DNA of 64,000 nt, taken from positions 1,088,001-1,152,000 of the forward strand of contig CAWFXA010000002.1 of NCBI GenBank assembly GCA_963819655.1, in the 5' to 3' direction. Under the pieces are notes generated by a model. The model ran no database searches, was not told the DNA's origin, and saw only the letters and a list, made by a program, of their open reading frames with translations. A program made the position numbers and the translations under genes. Below are positions 1-10,726 of the stretch, piece by piece (the stretch's first letter is position 1; each line of letters starts with the position of its first letter). Source of the stretch: an uncultured Chloroflexia bacterium. Its GTDB lineage: Bacteria; Chloroflexota; Limnocylindria; Limnocylindrales; CSP1-4.

Positions 1-26
1 GCGACGGTGCCACTCACCGAGGTCAT
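1..26 (-). CDS. 5' end of a gene running off the window, probably a second sugar ABC permease
   Basis: ATG at 26 overlaps the permease stop (ATGA coupling); only 8 codons visible, identity inferred from operon context. Confidence 0.4.
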
Positions 27-1027
27 CGTCGACTCCTGCGCCACTGGAGGAGACTGCCGAACATCACCACGCCGATCAGGATCACGCCCTGGCTCACGAG
101 GGAGAGATTCGGGTCGAGGCTCATGAACGCCATGTCGATCTGCACGAGCTGGAGAAGGACGACGCCGATGATCGGACCGAAGACGCCGCCTCGGCCACCG
201 GCAAGGCTGACGCCGCCGAGGACCACGGCCGCGACGCTCATCAGGGTGTACGGGCCTGGGACCGGGTTCCCGATCCCCGTGCTCGCGGTAAGGGCGAGAC
301 CTGCGAATGCCGAGAACAAGCCCGTGAACGCGTAGGCGACGACCTTCGTCCGGCCCACAGGGACGCCGCTCCGGAAGGCTGCCAGCTGATTGCTCCCGAT
401 GGCGTAGATCGACAGTCCGAGCCGCGACCGTCGCAGGGGTATCCAGATGACGGCCACGATGACCAGGATGACGACGGCGGCTTTGGGGATGAACGGCACG
501 CCGACCGATCCGAGGACCAGGTCTTTGAGCCATTGAGCGGAGCCGCCCGCCGGGGTCTTGAGGACCAGGAGCGCGCTCCCACCCCAGACGAATGCCATCG
601 CCAGCGTGACCACGATGTCGGGGACGCGGGTCGCCACGATCAGCGCGCCGTTGATGGCCCCGAGAACAAGCCCGAAGACCAGCGTGGCAAGCACGATGGC
701 GACCGCGAACTCCTCGCTCTGGCCCTTCATGTTCGCGGCAGCGAAGACGCTGGTCAGGGCCATCATCGAGCCGATCGATAGATCGATGCCGCCCGAGATG
801 ACGCAGATCGCCTGCGCGACCGCTGCCAGGGCGAGCGGAACCACCGAGATGGCGAGGGCCTGGATCCCGGTGACGCCGTAGTTCGAGTTGATCATCCGGG
901 TGTAGACGAGCAGGACAGCGAGGAGAGCCAGGAGTCCCAGGCTCCAGCTGTTTCGCCTGAACCAGGCGGCGACGGCGTCCACAGGTCGGCTCGGGGTATC
1001 GTCGAATGCGGGAGCCATCGCGCTCAT
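23..1027 (-). CDS. Monosaccharide ABC transporter permease (RbsC/CUT2 family)
   Basis: GGIDLSIGS, IYAIGSN and AAVVLGGVSLAGGRG motifs; multiple hydrophobic segments. Confidence 0.93.
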   Translation of the reverse strand: MSAMAPAFDDTPSRPVDAVAAWFRRNSWSLGLLALLAVLLVYTRMINSNYGVTGIQALAISVVPLALAAVAQAICVISGGIDLSIGSMMALTSVFAAANMKGQSEEFAVAIVLATLVFGLVLGAINGALIVATRVPDIVVTLAMAFVWGGSALLVLKTPAGGSAQWLKDLVLGSVGVPFIPKAAVVILVIVAVIWIPLRRSRLGLSIYAIGSNQLAAFRSGVPVGRTKVVAYAFTGLFSAFAGLALTASTGIGNPVPGPYTLMSVAAVVLGGVSLAGGRGGVFGPIIGVVLLQLVQIDMAFMSLDPNLSLVSQGVILIGVVMFGSLLQWRRSRR

Positions 1028-2625
1028 CGGTCGTCCGCCGGCGGGCCGGGCTGCTGAGGAGGGTCACGCGGTGCCTCGGCGTGCTCGCTGGCAACCTCCG
1101 TGGCGACGAGTTCCGCCGCGACCTCCTCGGGCATCGCCGCGTCGGAACGGAGGTTGTACGCCGCCCGGAGGAGCGTCGACTCGTCCGCGTCGGCTGCATC
1201 GACCTCGGCGACCAGGCGACCGCCGAAGATCACGATCGCGCGGTCGCACACCAGCTGCACCTCCTTGAGCTCCGAGGTGTACAGGAGGACCGCGGCCCCG
1301 GCGGCGGCCAGGTCGCGGAGCAGGACGTAGATCTGTTGCTTCGTCCCGATGTCGATGCCGCGCGTCGGGTCAAAACACAGCATCGTCTGGACACCGCCGG
1401 CGACCCAGCGCGCGATGGTCACCTTCTGCTGGTTGCCGCCCGACAGCCGCCGGACCTCGCTCCCGGCGCGGGCGTCGATCTGCAATGTCTCGACGGCGCC
1501 CTTCACTCGCTTTCGCTCCGCACCAAGGTCGATCAGGCCCCAGTGCCGGATCCGGGCCGTGATGGGCAGCGTGATGTTCTCGGACACGGAGCGCTGTGGG
1601 AGCAGCGCCTCCGCCCGATCGGCGGCGACGTAGACGACGCCGGCACGGATGGCGTCCGCGGGATGGCGGAACGAGACCGGAGCGCCGTCAACGAGGATGT
1701 CGCCGACGGACGGTCTCTCGGAACCCGCCAGGATGTCGAACAGTTCGTCCTGGCCCTGGCCCTCGAGCGCGACGACGCCAAGGACCTCGCCCGGGAACAG
1801 ATCGAACGAGACGTCCTGTAGCTTCGTCTCGAAGCTCAGCCCGCGAGCCGTGACGCGCGGGACGACGTCGGCACGTCGCGCTGCTGGCCCGGCGCCGCCG
1901 GCGCGATCCGGCATGTCCCCGACGATCTGGCCGAGCATGAGCTCGACGATGCGCTCCTCGGAGCCCGGCGCGACGTCGACGACGCCGACCGTGGCACCCT
2001 CCCTGAGCACGGTCGCTCGATCGCAGACAGCTGCGATCTCGATCATCCGGTGGGAGATGAAGATCACGGAGCGATCGCCACCGCGCTGTCGGCCGACCAC
2101 TTCGAGGACCCGCTCGGTGAGGTTCGCCGGAAGGGCGGCAGTCATCTCGTCGAGCATCAGGACGTCGGGCTCGATGGCGAGTGCGCGGGCGAGGTCGATG
2201 ATCCGGAGGGACGCGAGCGGCATCTGCCTCGCGATGACCGACAGGTCGAGTCTGCCGAGGCCGAGTTCACCGACCCAGTGTCGAAAGGCCTCGATCGGTG
2301 TATCGGTGAGCTGGAGGTTCGAGCGGATGTCGAGGTCCGGGACAAGCGCTGGCTCCTGGTAGACCGACACCAGACCGCCCCGCCTTGCGTCGGCTGGGGA
2401 GTGGACCGTGCGCTCCCGACCACGAATGAGGATGCGGCCGCCGTCCGGCCTGACGTTCCCTGTGAGGATCTTGACCAGGGTGCTCTTGCCCGCGCCGTTG
2501 GCGCCCATGAGCGCATGGACCTCGCCCGGTCGGACCGCGAGGGAGGCGGCGCGCAGTGCGACGACTGCGCCGTAGGTCTTGGCAATGTCTGTCGCTTCGA
2601 GCAAGAGGTCGGTCGCGACGGTCAT
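1024..2625 (-). CDS. Sugar ABC transporter ATP-binding protein (RbsA-like, two ABC domains)
   Basis: Walker A GANGAGKST, LSGGNQQKV, DPTRGIDIG. Confidence 0.95.
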   Translation of the reverse strand: MTVATDLLLEATDIAKTYGAVVALRAASLAVRPGEVHALMGANGAGKSTLVKILTGNVRPDGGRILIRGRERTVHSPADARRGGLVSVYQEPALVPDLDIRSNLQLTDTPIEAFRHWVGELGLGRLDLSVIARQMPLASLRIIDLARALAIEPDVLMLDEMTAALPANLTERVLEVVGRQRGGDRSVIFISHRMIEIAAVCDRATVLREGATVGVVDVAPGSEERIVELMLGQIVGDMPDRAGGAGPAARRADVVPRVTARGLSFETKLQDVSFDLFPGEVLGVVALEGQGQDELFDILAGSERPSVGDILVDGAPVSFRHPADAIRAGVVYVAADRAEALLPQRSVSENITLPITARIRHWGLIDLGAERKRVKGAVETLQIDARAGSEVRRLSGGNQQKVTIARWVAGGVQTMLCFDPTRGIDIGTKQQIYVLLRDLAAAGAAVLLYTSELKEVQLVCDRAIVIFGGRLVAEVDAADADESTLLRAAYNLRSDAAMPEEVAAELVATEVASEHAEAPRDPPQQPGPPADDR

Positions 2626-2643
2626 CGATCCTCAGGTCGTGGT

Positions 2644-2674
2644 GAGGGGACGCCGGCGGCGCCGGCATCCCCTC
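2644..2674 (-). terminator. Intra-operon stem-loop after the binding-protein gene
   Basis: GAGGGGACGCCGGC-ggc-GCCGGCATCCCCTC inverted repeat, no U tract. Confidence 0.55.
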
Positions 2675-2706
2675 GTGAATCCCGCTTGGTGAGCTCGCTC
2701 GGACGG

Positions 2707-3876
2707 TTACTCCCCTGGGCCCTTGCAGGCGATGGCCTGCTCCGGCGTGTAGGTCGTCCATCCGTCGATCGTCACGCTCAGAGGCCACAGGGGGTTGAGC
2801 CCCTCGACCTGCTGCCATGACTCCAACAGCGCCTTGCCCTCGTCGGTCACGTTGTCGGCGAGGACGGGCTTCAGCAGAACGGTATTGGGGAAGGGAGCGG
2901 TGGCATCGGCCTCGATGGTCTCGCCGTTGAGGACCTTGAGCGCGAGGTTGACGCCGGCGCCGCCGACGGCAGCTGTGTTCGTCACGGCTGCGCCCTGGAG
3001 GCCCGCATAGTTGGTGGCGTCACCCAGATAGTTGGCGAACGCACCGAGGTCGGCACCCACGATCGGCTTGTACTCCTTGCCGGCCGCCTTGACAGCGTCG
3101 ACGACCTGGGAGTCCATGCCGGACGTCCAGATGCCGTCGACCGTGTCGTACTGGCCGCTCGAGATGAACTCATTGGCCAGGTTCGTGGCGGTCGTCGGGT
3201 TCCAATCCGTGTGGACGCCTTCCTTGCTCGGGACGACTTCGATGCCCGGCGTCTCGCTGAGCGCCTTCTGGAATCCGGTATCGCGATCGGTGTCGGCCGG
3301 ATGGCCGGCGATGCCGCGCGTGTACCAGACCTTGCCGGTGCCACCGATCTGGTCGAACAGCCACTTGGCGCCAAGGTACGCGTAGTCGACCTGATTGTTG
3401 TAGAACTTCCAGGTCTCCGGGTCCTCGACATACGCGTCGACGGCCACCATCAGGATGCCAGCCGCCTGCGCCTCATCGATCGCCGCTTGCAGCGCCGTCG
3501 CGTGGCTCGGGTTGAAGACGATCGCGTCCGGGCTGTTCGCGATCAGGGTCCGCAGGTCCGCGAGCTGCTGATTCGTATCCGCATCGCGCGCGATCATGTC
3601 GACCTTCGTCACCTGACCGGACGCAAGCGCCTCGGCCTTGGCGGTGCAGTTCTGCTCCTCGCGGAACCCGTTGCCGGTGCCGCCGGTGTTCGAGAACCCG
3701 ATCGTGTACTGGGCGGCGGCCGAGGCCGACGCCGACTCGGACGCGGCCGGCTCGGACGCCGCCGGCGCCGATGCGCTCGGTGCCGTCGTCGCCGCGCCCG
3801 GGCTCGAGCACGCGACCGCGAGGACCGCGATCGCTGCCAGGCCGAGCAGCCGCTTGTGCGTGGATCCGTTGATCAT
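2707..3876 (-). CDS. Sugar ABC substrate-binding lipoprotein (periplasmic binding protein type 1)
   Basis: GAGGAGGAG RBS before ATG 3876; lipobox VLAVAC, Ala/Ser/Pro linker, YTIGFSN...DAIVFNP segments. Confidence 0.9.
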   Translation of the reverse strand: MINGSTHKRLLGLAAIAVLAVACSSPGAATTAPSASAPAASEPAASESASASAAAQYTIGFSNTGGTGNGFREEQNCTAKAEALASGQVTKVDMIARDADTNQQLADLRTLIANSPDAIVFNPSHATALQAAIDEAQAAGILMVAVDAYVEDPETWKFYNNQVDYAYLGAKWLFDQIGGTGKVWYTRGIAGHPADTDRDTGFQKALSETPGIEVVPSKEGVHTDWNPTTATNLANEFISSGQYDTVDGIWTSGMDSQVVDAVKAAGKEYKPIVGADLGAFANYLGDATNYAGLQGAAVTNTAAVGGAGVNLALKVLNGETIEADATAPFPNTVLLKPVLADNVTDEGKALLESWQQVEGLNPLWPLSVTIDGWTTYTPEQAIACKGPGE

Positions 3877-4006
3877 CCGTTCTCCTCCTCTACGACCGAC
3901 GCGCCGATCTGGTCGCGTCGTCGAAATGGCTGACTGACTGTCCTTGGGTGGAAGTCGGTCGATGCGATCTATCGGCGCCACCTCCTCCGCGTGGTACCCG
4001 TGGCCA

Positions 4007-4801
4007 TCACCCCTCCCCGGTGAGGGCTCGAGCGATCCGTCGCGCGTGCTCCTGGTATGCGGCATCGAACAATGCCCGCGAGCGCTCGGTGCCGACGACC
4101 GAGGCCCGGGTGATGGTCGGCGGTAAAGCACCCTGCTCCGCGAGGAGCTGGGCGGTCCGCACCTTGATGCTATTGGCGACGGCGACCGCCGCGAGCGTCG
4201 AACCCGGGCCGACCGGGGTGTCGACGCCGTCGATGGCGATGAGCGCGTCGGCGTGTGGCGTACACAAGTCGATGACGAGGTCGGCTTCGTCGGCCAGGCG
4301 CCGCCCGGATACGACATCCGGGTCCTCCACCATCGCTTGCGCGAGCGAGGTTACAGCGACGACGCGCAGTCCGCGAGTTCGTGCACCGCGCGCCATCTCG
4401 ACGGGGACCGCGGTCGACCCGCCCGCCGAGAAGACGATCATCACGTCGCGCGGGCCGAAATGGAAGTTCGAGAGGATCACCTCGGCCAGTCCGGGCATCC
4501 GCTCGATGGCCATCGCCTGGCGCTGACCGTTCGCACCGACCACCTGGGTATGGAACGTCATCGACAGCTCGACGATGGGGTTGAACCCCGGATACGACCC
4601 GTAGCGGGGGAACATCTCTTCCACGGGGATCCGCGAGTGGCCCGTGCCGAAGAGGTGGACGAGCCCGTCCGACGCGATGGCGTCGGCACACCACTGGCTC
4701 GCCTGTTCCATCGCGCCAGCCTGGGTCGTCGCCAGTCGGTCGAGCACGGCGCGCGCCTCGTCCATCCAGGCGAGGACCGGCACGGACGTCGCGGCGCTCA
4801 T
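4007..4801 (-). CDS. SIS-domain sugar isomerase-like protein
   Basis: VHLFGTGHS and DVMIVFSAGGST SIS motifs; TGATG coupling to deoC. Confidence 0.85.
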   Translation of the reverse strand: MSAATSVPVLAWMDEARAVLDRLATTQAGAMEQASQWCADAIASDGLVHLFGTGHSRIPVEEMFPRYGSYPGFNPIVELSMTFHTQVVGANGQRQAMAIERMPGLAEVILSNFHFGPRDVMIVFSAGGSTAVPVEMARGARTRGLRVVAVTSLAQAMVEDPDVVSGRRLADEADLVIDLCTPHADALIAIDGVDTPVGPGSTLAAVAVANSIKVRTAQLLAEQGALPPTITRASVVGTERSRALFDAAYQEHARRIARALTGEG

Positions 4802-5555
4802 CAATACGAGCCGCCGCCGTCGGCGCGACCGGCGACCGTCGCCGGAGCGCGGCCGGCCTTGCGGCGCGGAAGTCGTCGATGATCGTCTTCGTCGCGGTCG
4901 CGCCGATGCGGGTCACGCCGAGGGCCATGACCTCGAGCAGCGCGTCCAGCGTGCGGACGCCACCGGCCGCCTTGACCTGGACATGCGCTGAGGTGTTGGC
5001 CCGCATCAGCCGCAGATCGTCGTGCGTCGCCCCGCCCGGGGCGAAACCTGTCGACGTCTTGACGAAGTCGGCGCCGGCCGCCTCGGACAGATGGCATGCG
5101 CGGATCTTCTCGTCGTCGGTCAGATACGCATTCTCGAAGATCACCTTGACGACGGCGCCGCCGGCGTGGGCCACATGGACGACTGCCGCGATGTCGGCCT
5201 GGACATCGGCGTCGCGACCCGACTTGAGCGCCCCGATCTGGATGACCATATCGAGCTCGATCGCTCCGTCCTCGAGCGCCTGGCGCGCCTCGAACACCTT
5301 CGTCGCCGTCGGCTGACCACCGTGGGGGAAACCGATGACCGTGCCGACGGCGACGTCGGTGTCGTGAAGAAGCGCAGATGCCCGGATCACGTCGACGGGG
5401 CGCACGCAGACCGAGGCCACGTCGTACTCGGCAGCCAGCCGGCAGCCGTCCTCGACGAACGCGTCGTCGAGTTCGGGGCGCAGCAGCGAGTGGTCGATCG
5501 CCTTCGCGATGTCGCGCTCGGTCAGGGCGTCGAACGGCACCACGGTCGTCGTCAC
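4801..5555 (-). CDS. deoC: Deoxyribose-phosphate aldolase family; apparent frameshift near 4862
   Basis: IDHSLLRP, GTVIGFPHG, DFVKTSTGF, VKAAGGVRT; C-terminus continues in the frame ending at 4801. Confidence 0.88.
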
Positions 5556-6467
5556 TTGATGTAGGGCCTGAGCACGTCGCGGGCGATGAGGAAGCCGCGC
5601 TTGATCCGGTCGTCAGTATTCTCGAAGTCGCGGTCCTCGTGCTCGATGATCACATCGCCGTCGTAGCCGGCCCGCCACAGCGCCGCGAACAGCGGAGCCC
5701 ATTCGACGTCGCCGAGACCCGGCAGGCGCGGGATCTGCCAGCCCATCCCCATCGAGAACACGCCCCGCTCGTAGAGACCTTCGCGATCGATGAGCAGGTC
5801 CTTGGCCTGGACGTGGAGGATGTGCGGCCCGAACTCCCCGATGAACCGCGGGATGTCGATCATCTGGAGGATCAGGTGCGACGGGTCGAAGTTCAGCCCG
5901 ATCGTCCCGCCCCAGTGCTCGAGGATCCGCCGCCAGATGCGCGGCGTCGTCGCGAGGTTGTGCCCGCCCGGCCACTCGTCGTAGCTGAACAGCATCGGGC
6001 AGTTCTCGATCGTGATCCTCCGCCCGTGGTCCTGGGCGAACGCGACGATGTCTGGCCAGACCCCGAGCGCCTCATCCCAGTTGTCGTCCTGGTTCTTCGC
6101 CGCGTCGGCGCCCATGAACGTGTTGACGAACGGGACGTCCATCTTCTCCGCGGCCGTGATGACGTTCTTGAGGTGGCCGATCACGCGCTCGCGATGCTCG
6201 GGGTCCGGGTGGAGCGGATTCGGGTAGTAGCCCAACCCGGAGATCGTCAGGCCCTTTGACGAGATCTCCTCGGCAAGCTCCGTCGCCTGCGACGGACGAG
6301 AGGTTCGCGACGTCGATGTGCGACGTGCCGGCGTAGCGGCGGACCGCCCCGTCGGCGCGCGGCCAGCATGCGATCTCGATGCTCTCGAAGCCGTTGGCCG
6401 CGGTCCAGTCGACCACGTCCATCAGCGGGGTCTCGGGGAAGGGCGCGGTCAGCAGGCCGAGCCTCAT
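5552..6467 (-). CDS. Sugar phosphate isomerase/epimerase-family TIM barrel (AP endonuclease 2-like); apparent frameshift near 6290
   Basis: MRLGLLTAPF start in one frame, then IENCPM, NFDPSH, HVQAKD, IEHED metal motifs in another. Confidence 0.85.
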
Positions 6468-7669
6468 CGGGCGATCCCCGTGGGCACCGGCCGGGTGGCC
6501 GATCCACCGGCGTCGGGTCGTTCCACGTCGACCCAGCGGCCCTCGCGGGCGCTGCGTGCGATCGCCTCGCCGACGAGCATCTCGTCGTGGCCGTCGGCGA
6601 AGGTCGGGTAGCCGGGCGGGGAGGAGGGCCGCCCGGCTACCACGTCGGCGTACACCGCCCGGAAATGGGCACAGAACGTGTCGAAGAAGCCTTCGACATG
6701 GCCGCCCGGCAGGGCCGACGCAGCCTGCCCCGCGGCACCCATCAGGGCGGGATTGCGGATGAGGATCTCGTTGGGACGCTCGCGATGGCCGATCCACGCC
6801 TGGTCCGGCTGCTCGCTGTCCCACGACCACGCTGCGTCGGACCCGTCGATCTCGTAGACGAGCGAGTTCTTCCGGCCAGGGCTGATCTGGGAGATGCTCA
6901 CGGCGCCCCGCGCGCCGCCGTCGAAGCGCAGCAGGATGGTGGCCGTGTCCTCGGTCCCGATGGGTCGTTCGACAGTTTCGGTGGAGCGGTCCGTCGAGAA
7001 CGTCTCCACGGGTCCGGTCGGTTCACGGCGCGTGCCGATGAACGTGGTCAGCTCGGCCATCACCGACGCCACGTGCTGGCCGGTCACGAAGGTCATCAGG
7101 TCGAGCCAGTGCGAACCGATGTCCCCGACCGCCCGCAGCGCCCCGCCCCGATCCGGCTGCAGTCGCCAGTTCCAGTCGCTGTCGAGCAGCAGCCAGTCCT
7201 GGAAGTAGCGGCCCGTCACGAGCCGCACCTGGCCGAGTCCGCCGTCCGCGACGAGCTCGTGCACGTGCTGGTTGAGCGGGTAGTAGCGGATATTGAAATT
7301 CGTGGCGTTGACGAGCCCGGTCTCAGCCGCGTGCGCGACGAGCTCGGCAGACTCGTCGGCCGACATGGCGAGCGGCTTCTCGCACACCACGTGCTTGCCG
7401 GCCTTCAGGGCGGCCTCGGCCTGGGAGACGTGCAGGTCGTTCGGGGAGGTCACATGCACGACCTGCACGCGATCGTCGGCGAGGAGGTCGTCGAGCGACG
7501 CGTAGGCCTTCGGGACGCCCAGCGCATCGGCCCGCGCGGCGCCACGTTCCGGGGTGCTGCCGAGCACGCCGTGCACGTTCACGCCGATCCGGCGCAGGGC
7601 CTCCACGTGGACCGTGCCGATGAAGCCCGTGCCGATGACGGCGGCGCCGATCGATGCGAGGTTGGCCAT
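6464..7669 (-). CDS. Gfo/Idh/MocA family oxidoreductase
   Basis: IGTGFIG Rossmann motif, CEKPLA, DIGSHWLD. Confidence 0.93.
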   Translation of the reverse strand: MANLASIGAAVIGTGFIGTVHVEALRRIGVNVHGVLGSTPERGAARADALGVPKAYASLDDLLADDRVQVVHVTSPNDLHVSQAEAALKAGKHVVCEKPLAMSADESAELVAHAAETGLVNATNFNIRYYPLNQHVHELVADGGLGQVRLVTGRYFQDWLLLDSDWNWRLQPDRGGALRAVGDIGSHWLDLMTFVTGQHVASVMAELTTFIGTRREPTGPVETFSTDRSTETVERPIGTEDTATILLRFDGGARGAVSISQISPGRKNSLVYEIDGSDAAWSWDSEQPDQAWIGHRERPNEILIRNPALMGAAGQAASALPGGHVEGFFDTFCAHFRAVYADVVAGRPSSPPGYPTFADGHDEMLVGEAIARSAREGRWVDVERPDAGGSATRPVPTGIAR

Positions 7670-7782
7670 GGGCGTCGGGCTCCTCCTGCCTGGCGCATCG
7701 GTCTAGACCGTCTAGATGGCTCGCGCTGATGCTAGCGCTCCGGTCGCAGCCGGGTCAATGCTCTTGGCTCGCGAACGATCGT

Positions 7783-7808
7783 ACTTTGACGTGTCAAGTG
7801 CAAAAGTG
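7783..7808. promoter_or_regulatory. Putative ROK-repressor operator in divergent intergenic region
   Basis: AT-rich ACTTT-N16-AAAGT inverted repeat between the catabolic operon and the ROK gene. Confidence 0.5.
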
Positions 7809-7844
7809 GTCGCGGGCCCCCAAGGCACGCGTATCATCCGCGGC

Positions 7845-9139
7845 GTGAACGACGGCCCGACCCAGCCGGCCCCAGCGCCGCTGCCCGACGAAGTGCTCGA
7901 CGATCTCGTGACCGTCCTGGACGAGATCCGGCTGGGACGCTCGCGGTCGCGCTCCGAGCTCGTCGAGCGCACCGGGCTCGGGCGGGCGATCGTGGCCCGC
8001 CGCGTCGGCGAATTGATCGACCGCGGGCTGGTGGCGGAAGGCCCGGTCGGGCCGAGCACCGGCGGCCGTCCCCCCGCCAGTTGGCATTCCGGGCTACGGC
8101 CGGACACCTGCTCGTCGCCGATCTCGGTGCGACCAGCATCGATGTCGCGCTCACCACCCTCGATGGCCGGATCCTCGGCCATCACGACGAGCCCGCCCGC
8201 ATCGAGGACGGACCCGAGGCCGGGCTCGATCGCGTCGACGCGCTGTTCGATCTCCTGCTCGCGACGGCCAAGGGCGTGCCCGGTCGCCTGTGGGGAGTCG
8301 GGATCGGCGTGCCGGGACCGGTCGAGTTCGGGTCCGGCCGGCCCATCTCGCCACCGATCATGCCGGGCTGGGACGGCTACCCGATCCGCGAGCGGTTCGC
8401 CGCCCGGTACAGGGCGCCCGTCTGGGTCGACAACGACGTGAACGTGCTCGCACTCGGCGAGTGGCGCTCGGGCGTCGCCGCCGGTCACGACAACGTGGTG
8501 GTCATCAAGGTCGGGACGGGCATCGGGGCCGGGATCATCTCGGACGGCCGGCTCCACCGCGGCGCGCAGGGGAGCGCCGGTGACGTCGGCCACATCCAGG
8601 TCTCGGACGAGGTGTCGGTGGTCTGCCGCTGCGGCAACGTGGGCTGCCTCGAGGCGTATGCGGGAGGCGCCGCGCTGGGACGTGCTGGAGAGGCCGCCGC
8701 GACGGCCGGGGCCAGCCCGCGACTCGCCCTCGCCCTCGACCAGACGGGCTCCGTCAGCGCCGAGGACGTCGCGCGGGCCGCGTCGTTCGGCGACCCGGTC
8801 GCTGTCGCGATGCTCCAGTCGGCCGGCCGGCGGGTCGGGTCGATGCTGGCCAGCGTCGTGAACTTCTTCAACCCGTCGCTGATCGTCATCGGCGGCGGCG
8901 TGGCCAACAGTCCGGAGCTGTTCATCGCATCGATCCGCGAGACGGTCTACCGGCGCTCCCTGCCGCTGGCCACGCGCGACCTGCGGATCGCGCATTCGTC
9001 GCTCGGCGGGCTGGCGGGTGTTATCGGGGCTTCGTCGATGGTCGTCGACCAGCTCTTCTCCCGCGAGTCGATCGGCCGGTGGCTCGAAGCCGGCGATCCC
9101 ACCGCTGCGGCCGACCTGGACCTGGCGCGCGCGGGCTGA
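7845..9139 (+). CDS. ROK family transcriptional repressor (HTH + ROK); apparent frameshift near 8075
   Basis: SRSELVERTGL HTH, STGGRP, VDNDVN, CRCGNVGCLEA; TATCAT -10 box 7 nt before GTG. Confidence 0.9.
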
Positions 9140-9284
9140 CGGCCGGGGCGCAGGCTGAGCGCGACGACGCCCGTCGCGCCTTGGCGCGGGGCCGGCCGGA
9201 CCCAAGCCCCTGAGCGTCGTTCTGCCGATCAGCGCGTTCCGCCCGGGATCGACCTATCCCGACCGTGCCCGGTGCGCCCCGCAT

Positions 9285-9449
9285 TTCTGCCCCCATCAGA
9301 CGAATGACGGGTTCGCGGGTCACAAGGGTGACTCCGAGGCCGCCATGGCGTGGGGATCGTGCGGGGCCCAGCCTCCGGAATGGCCCCGAAGGACCCGATC
9401 CGCTGCCTTATGCCGCATCTACCCCCGCAATCGTCTGGCCCCAGCAGAA
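9285..9449. repeat. Palindromic (MITE/REP-like) element, intergenic copy
   Basis: Terminal inverted repeats TTCTGC-N6-CAGACGA / TCGTCTG-N6-GCAGAA; both arms similar to 57587-57718. Confidence 0.75.
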
Positions 9450-9509
9450 TCCCGAACCGGATGCAGGATCTCCGGGCTCCAGACTGGGCGAACGTAGCAA
9501 GCTCACTCG

Positions 9510-10715
9510 TTACGCCCCGGTCACGACCCGGTCCGTGAAGTCGCCCGAGGACTCGGTCCTTGAGGATCAGCTTGTGGCGCCCGTCGGGCAGGATCTCGCG
9601 CTTGATCACGATCTGCCCCTCGAACGTCTCCGGCGTTGACGCGATCCGCGCGGTGGAGCCGCCGCGCCAGTCCATCTCGACCGGCTCCCAGCGTTCGCTC
9701 GTGGCCGACCGGTAGCACGCGTCCATGACCGCGTTGACGACATAGCCGTCGTAGAACGTTTCGCGCGGCGACGACGCATCCTCCATCGCCCGGAACATGT
9801 CGCTGAACATGTCGACATAGCCGAGCTCGGACACCTCGTCGCCGACCGGGAACAGCCAGCCGGCCGCGGATCTCGGCCTTCTCGGCGACGTACCCGCCGC
9901 CGCCACCCGCGGTGAACATCTCGAACCCGGTCCGCAGGAAGTGGTTCAGCCAGATCGTGCCGTGCGTGCCGGCCACCTCGTCGCGCAGGTCCATCCCGCC
10001 GCGGAACGTCCAGCTCACCTCGAACTGACCGATCGCGCCCGATTCGAACCGGATCAGGGCGATCGCGTTGTCCTCGTCGCTGATCGGGTGGACGAGCGTG
10101 TCGGTGTGGCACATGACCTCGAGCGGCCGGTTCCCCTTGCCGACGAAGTTGCGGATGATCTCGATGCAGTGGCAGCCGAGGTCGATGATCGCGCCGCCGC
10201 CGGTCAGCCGGCCATCCCAGAACCACGCTGAGTGCGGGCCGGGATGCGTCTCGCGCGACCGGACCCACGTCACGTTCCCGACCGCCCCGCTCTCGACGGC
10301 CGCGATCGCCTTGAGCGTCTTGGGCGTGTAGCACGAGGTCCTCGAGGTACCCCGCGAAGACCCCGGCCGACTCGACGGCCTCGAGCATCCGCTTGCGCCT
10401 CTTCGGCGTTCCTGCCAAGAGGCTTGGTGCACAGCACCGCCTTGCCCGCTCGGGCGGCGAGGGTGACCGCCTCCTCGTGGAGGAAGTTCGGCAGACCCGA
10501 CGATGACGACATCGGTGTCCGGATGGTTCGACGGCGGCGGCCATGTCGGTCGTCGACTCCGGGATCCCCCAGCGCTCCTTGAACGCGGTGCCGCGCTCCT
10601 CGCTCCGCGAATAGACGACCTCGACCCGGTCGCGGCTGCGCTGGCCGTGCAGCGTCATCGTGTAGAAGTCGCCGATCAGGCCGGTGCCGAGCAGCGAGAT
10701 GCGATGGCTCTCCAC
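9510..10715 (-). CDS. Gfo/Idh/MocA family oxidoreductase; several apparent frameshifts
   Basis: [23 protein letters not shown] spread over three frames; last segment ends DRVVTGA-TAA at 9510. Confidence 0.82.
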
Positions 10716-10726
10716 GGGTCCCTCCT

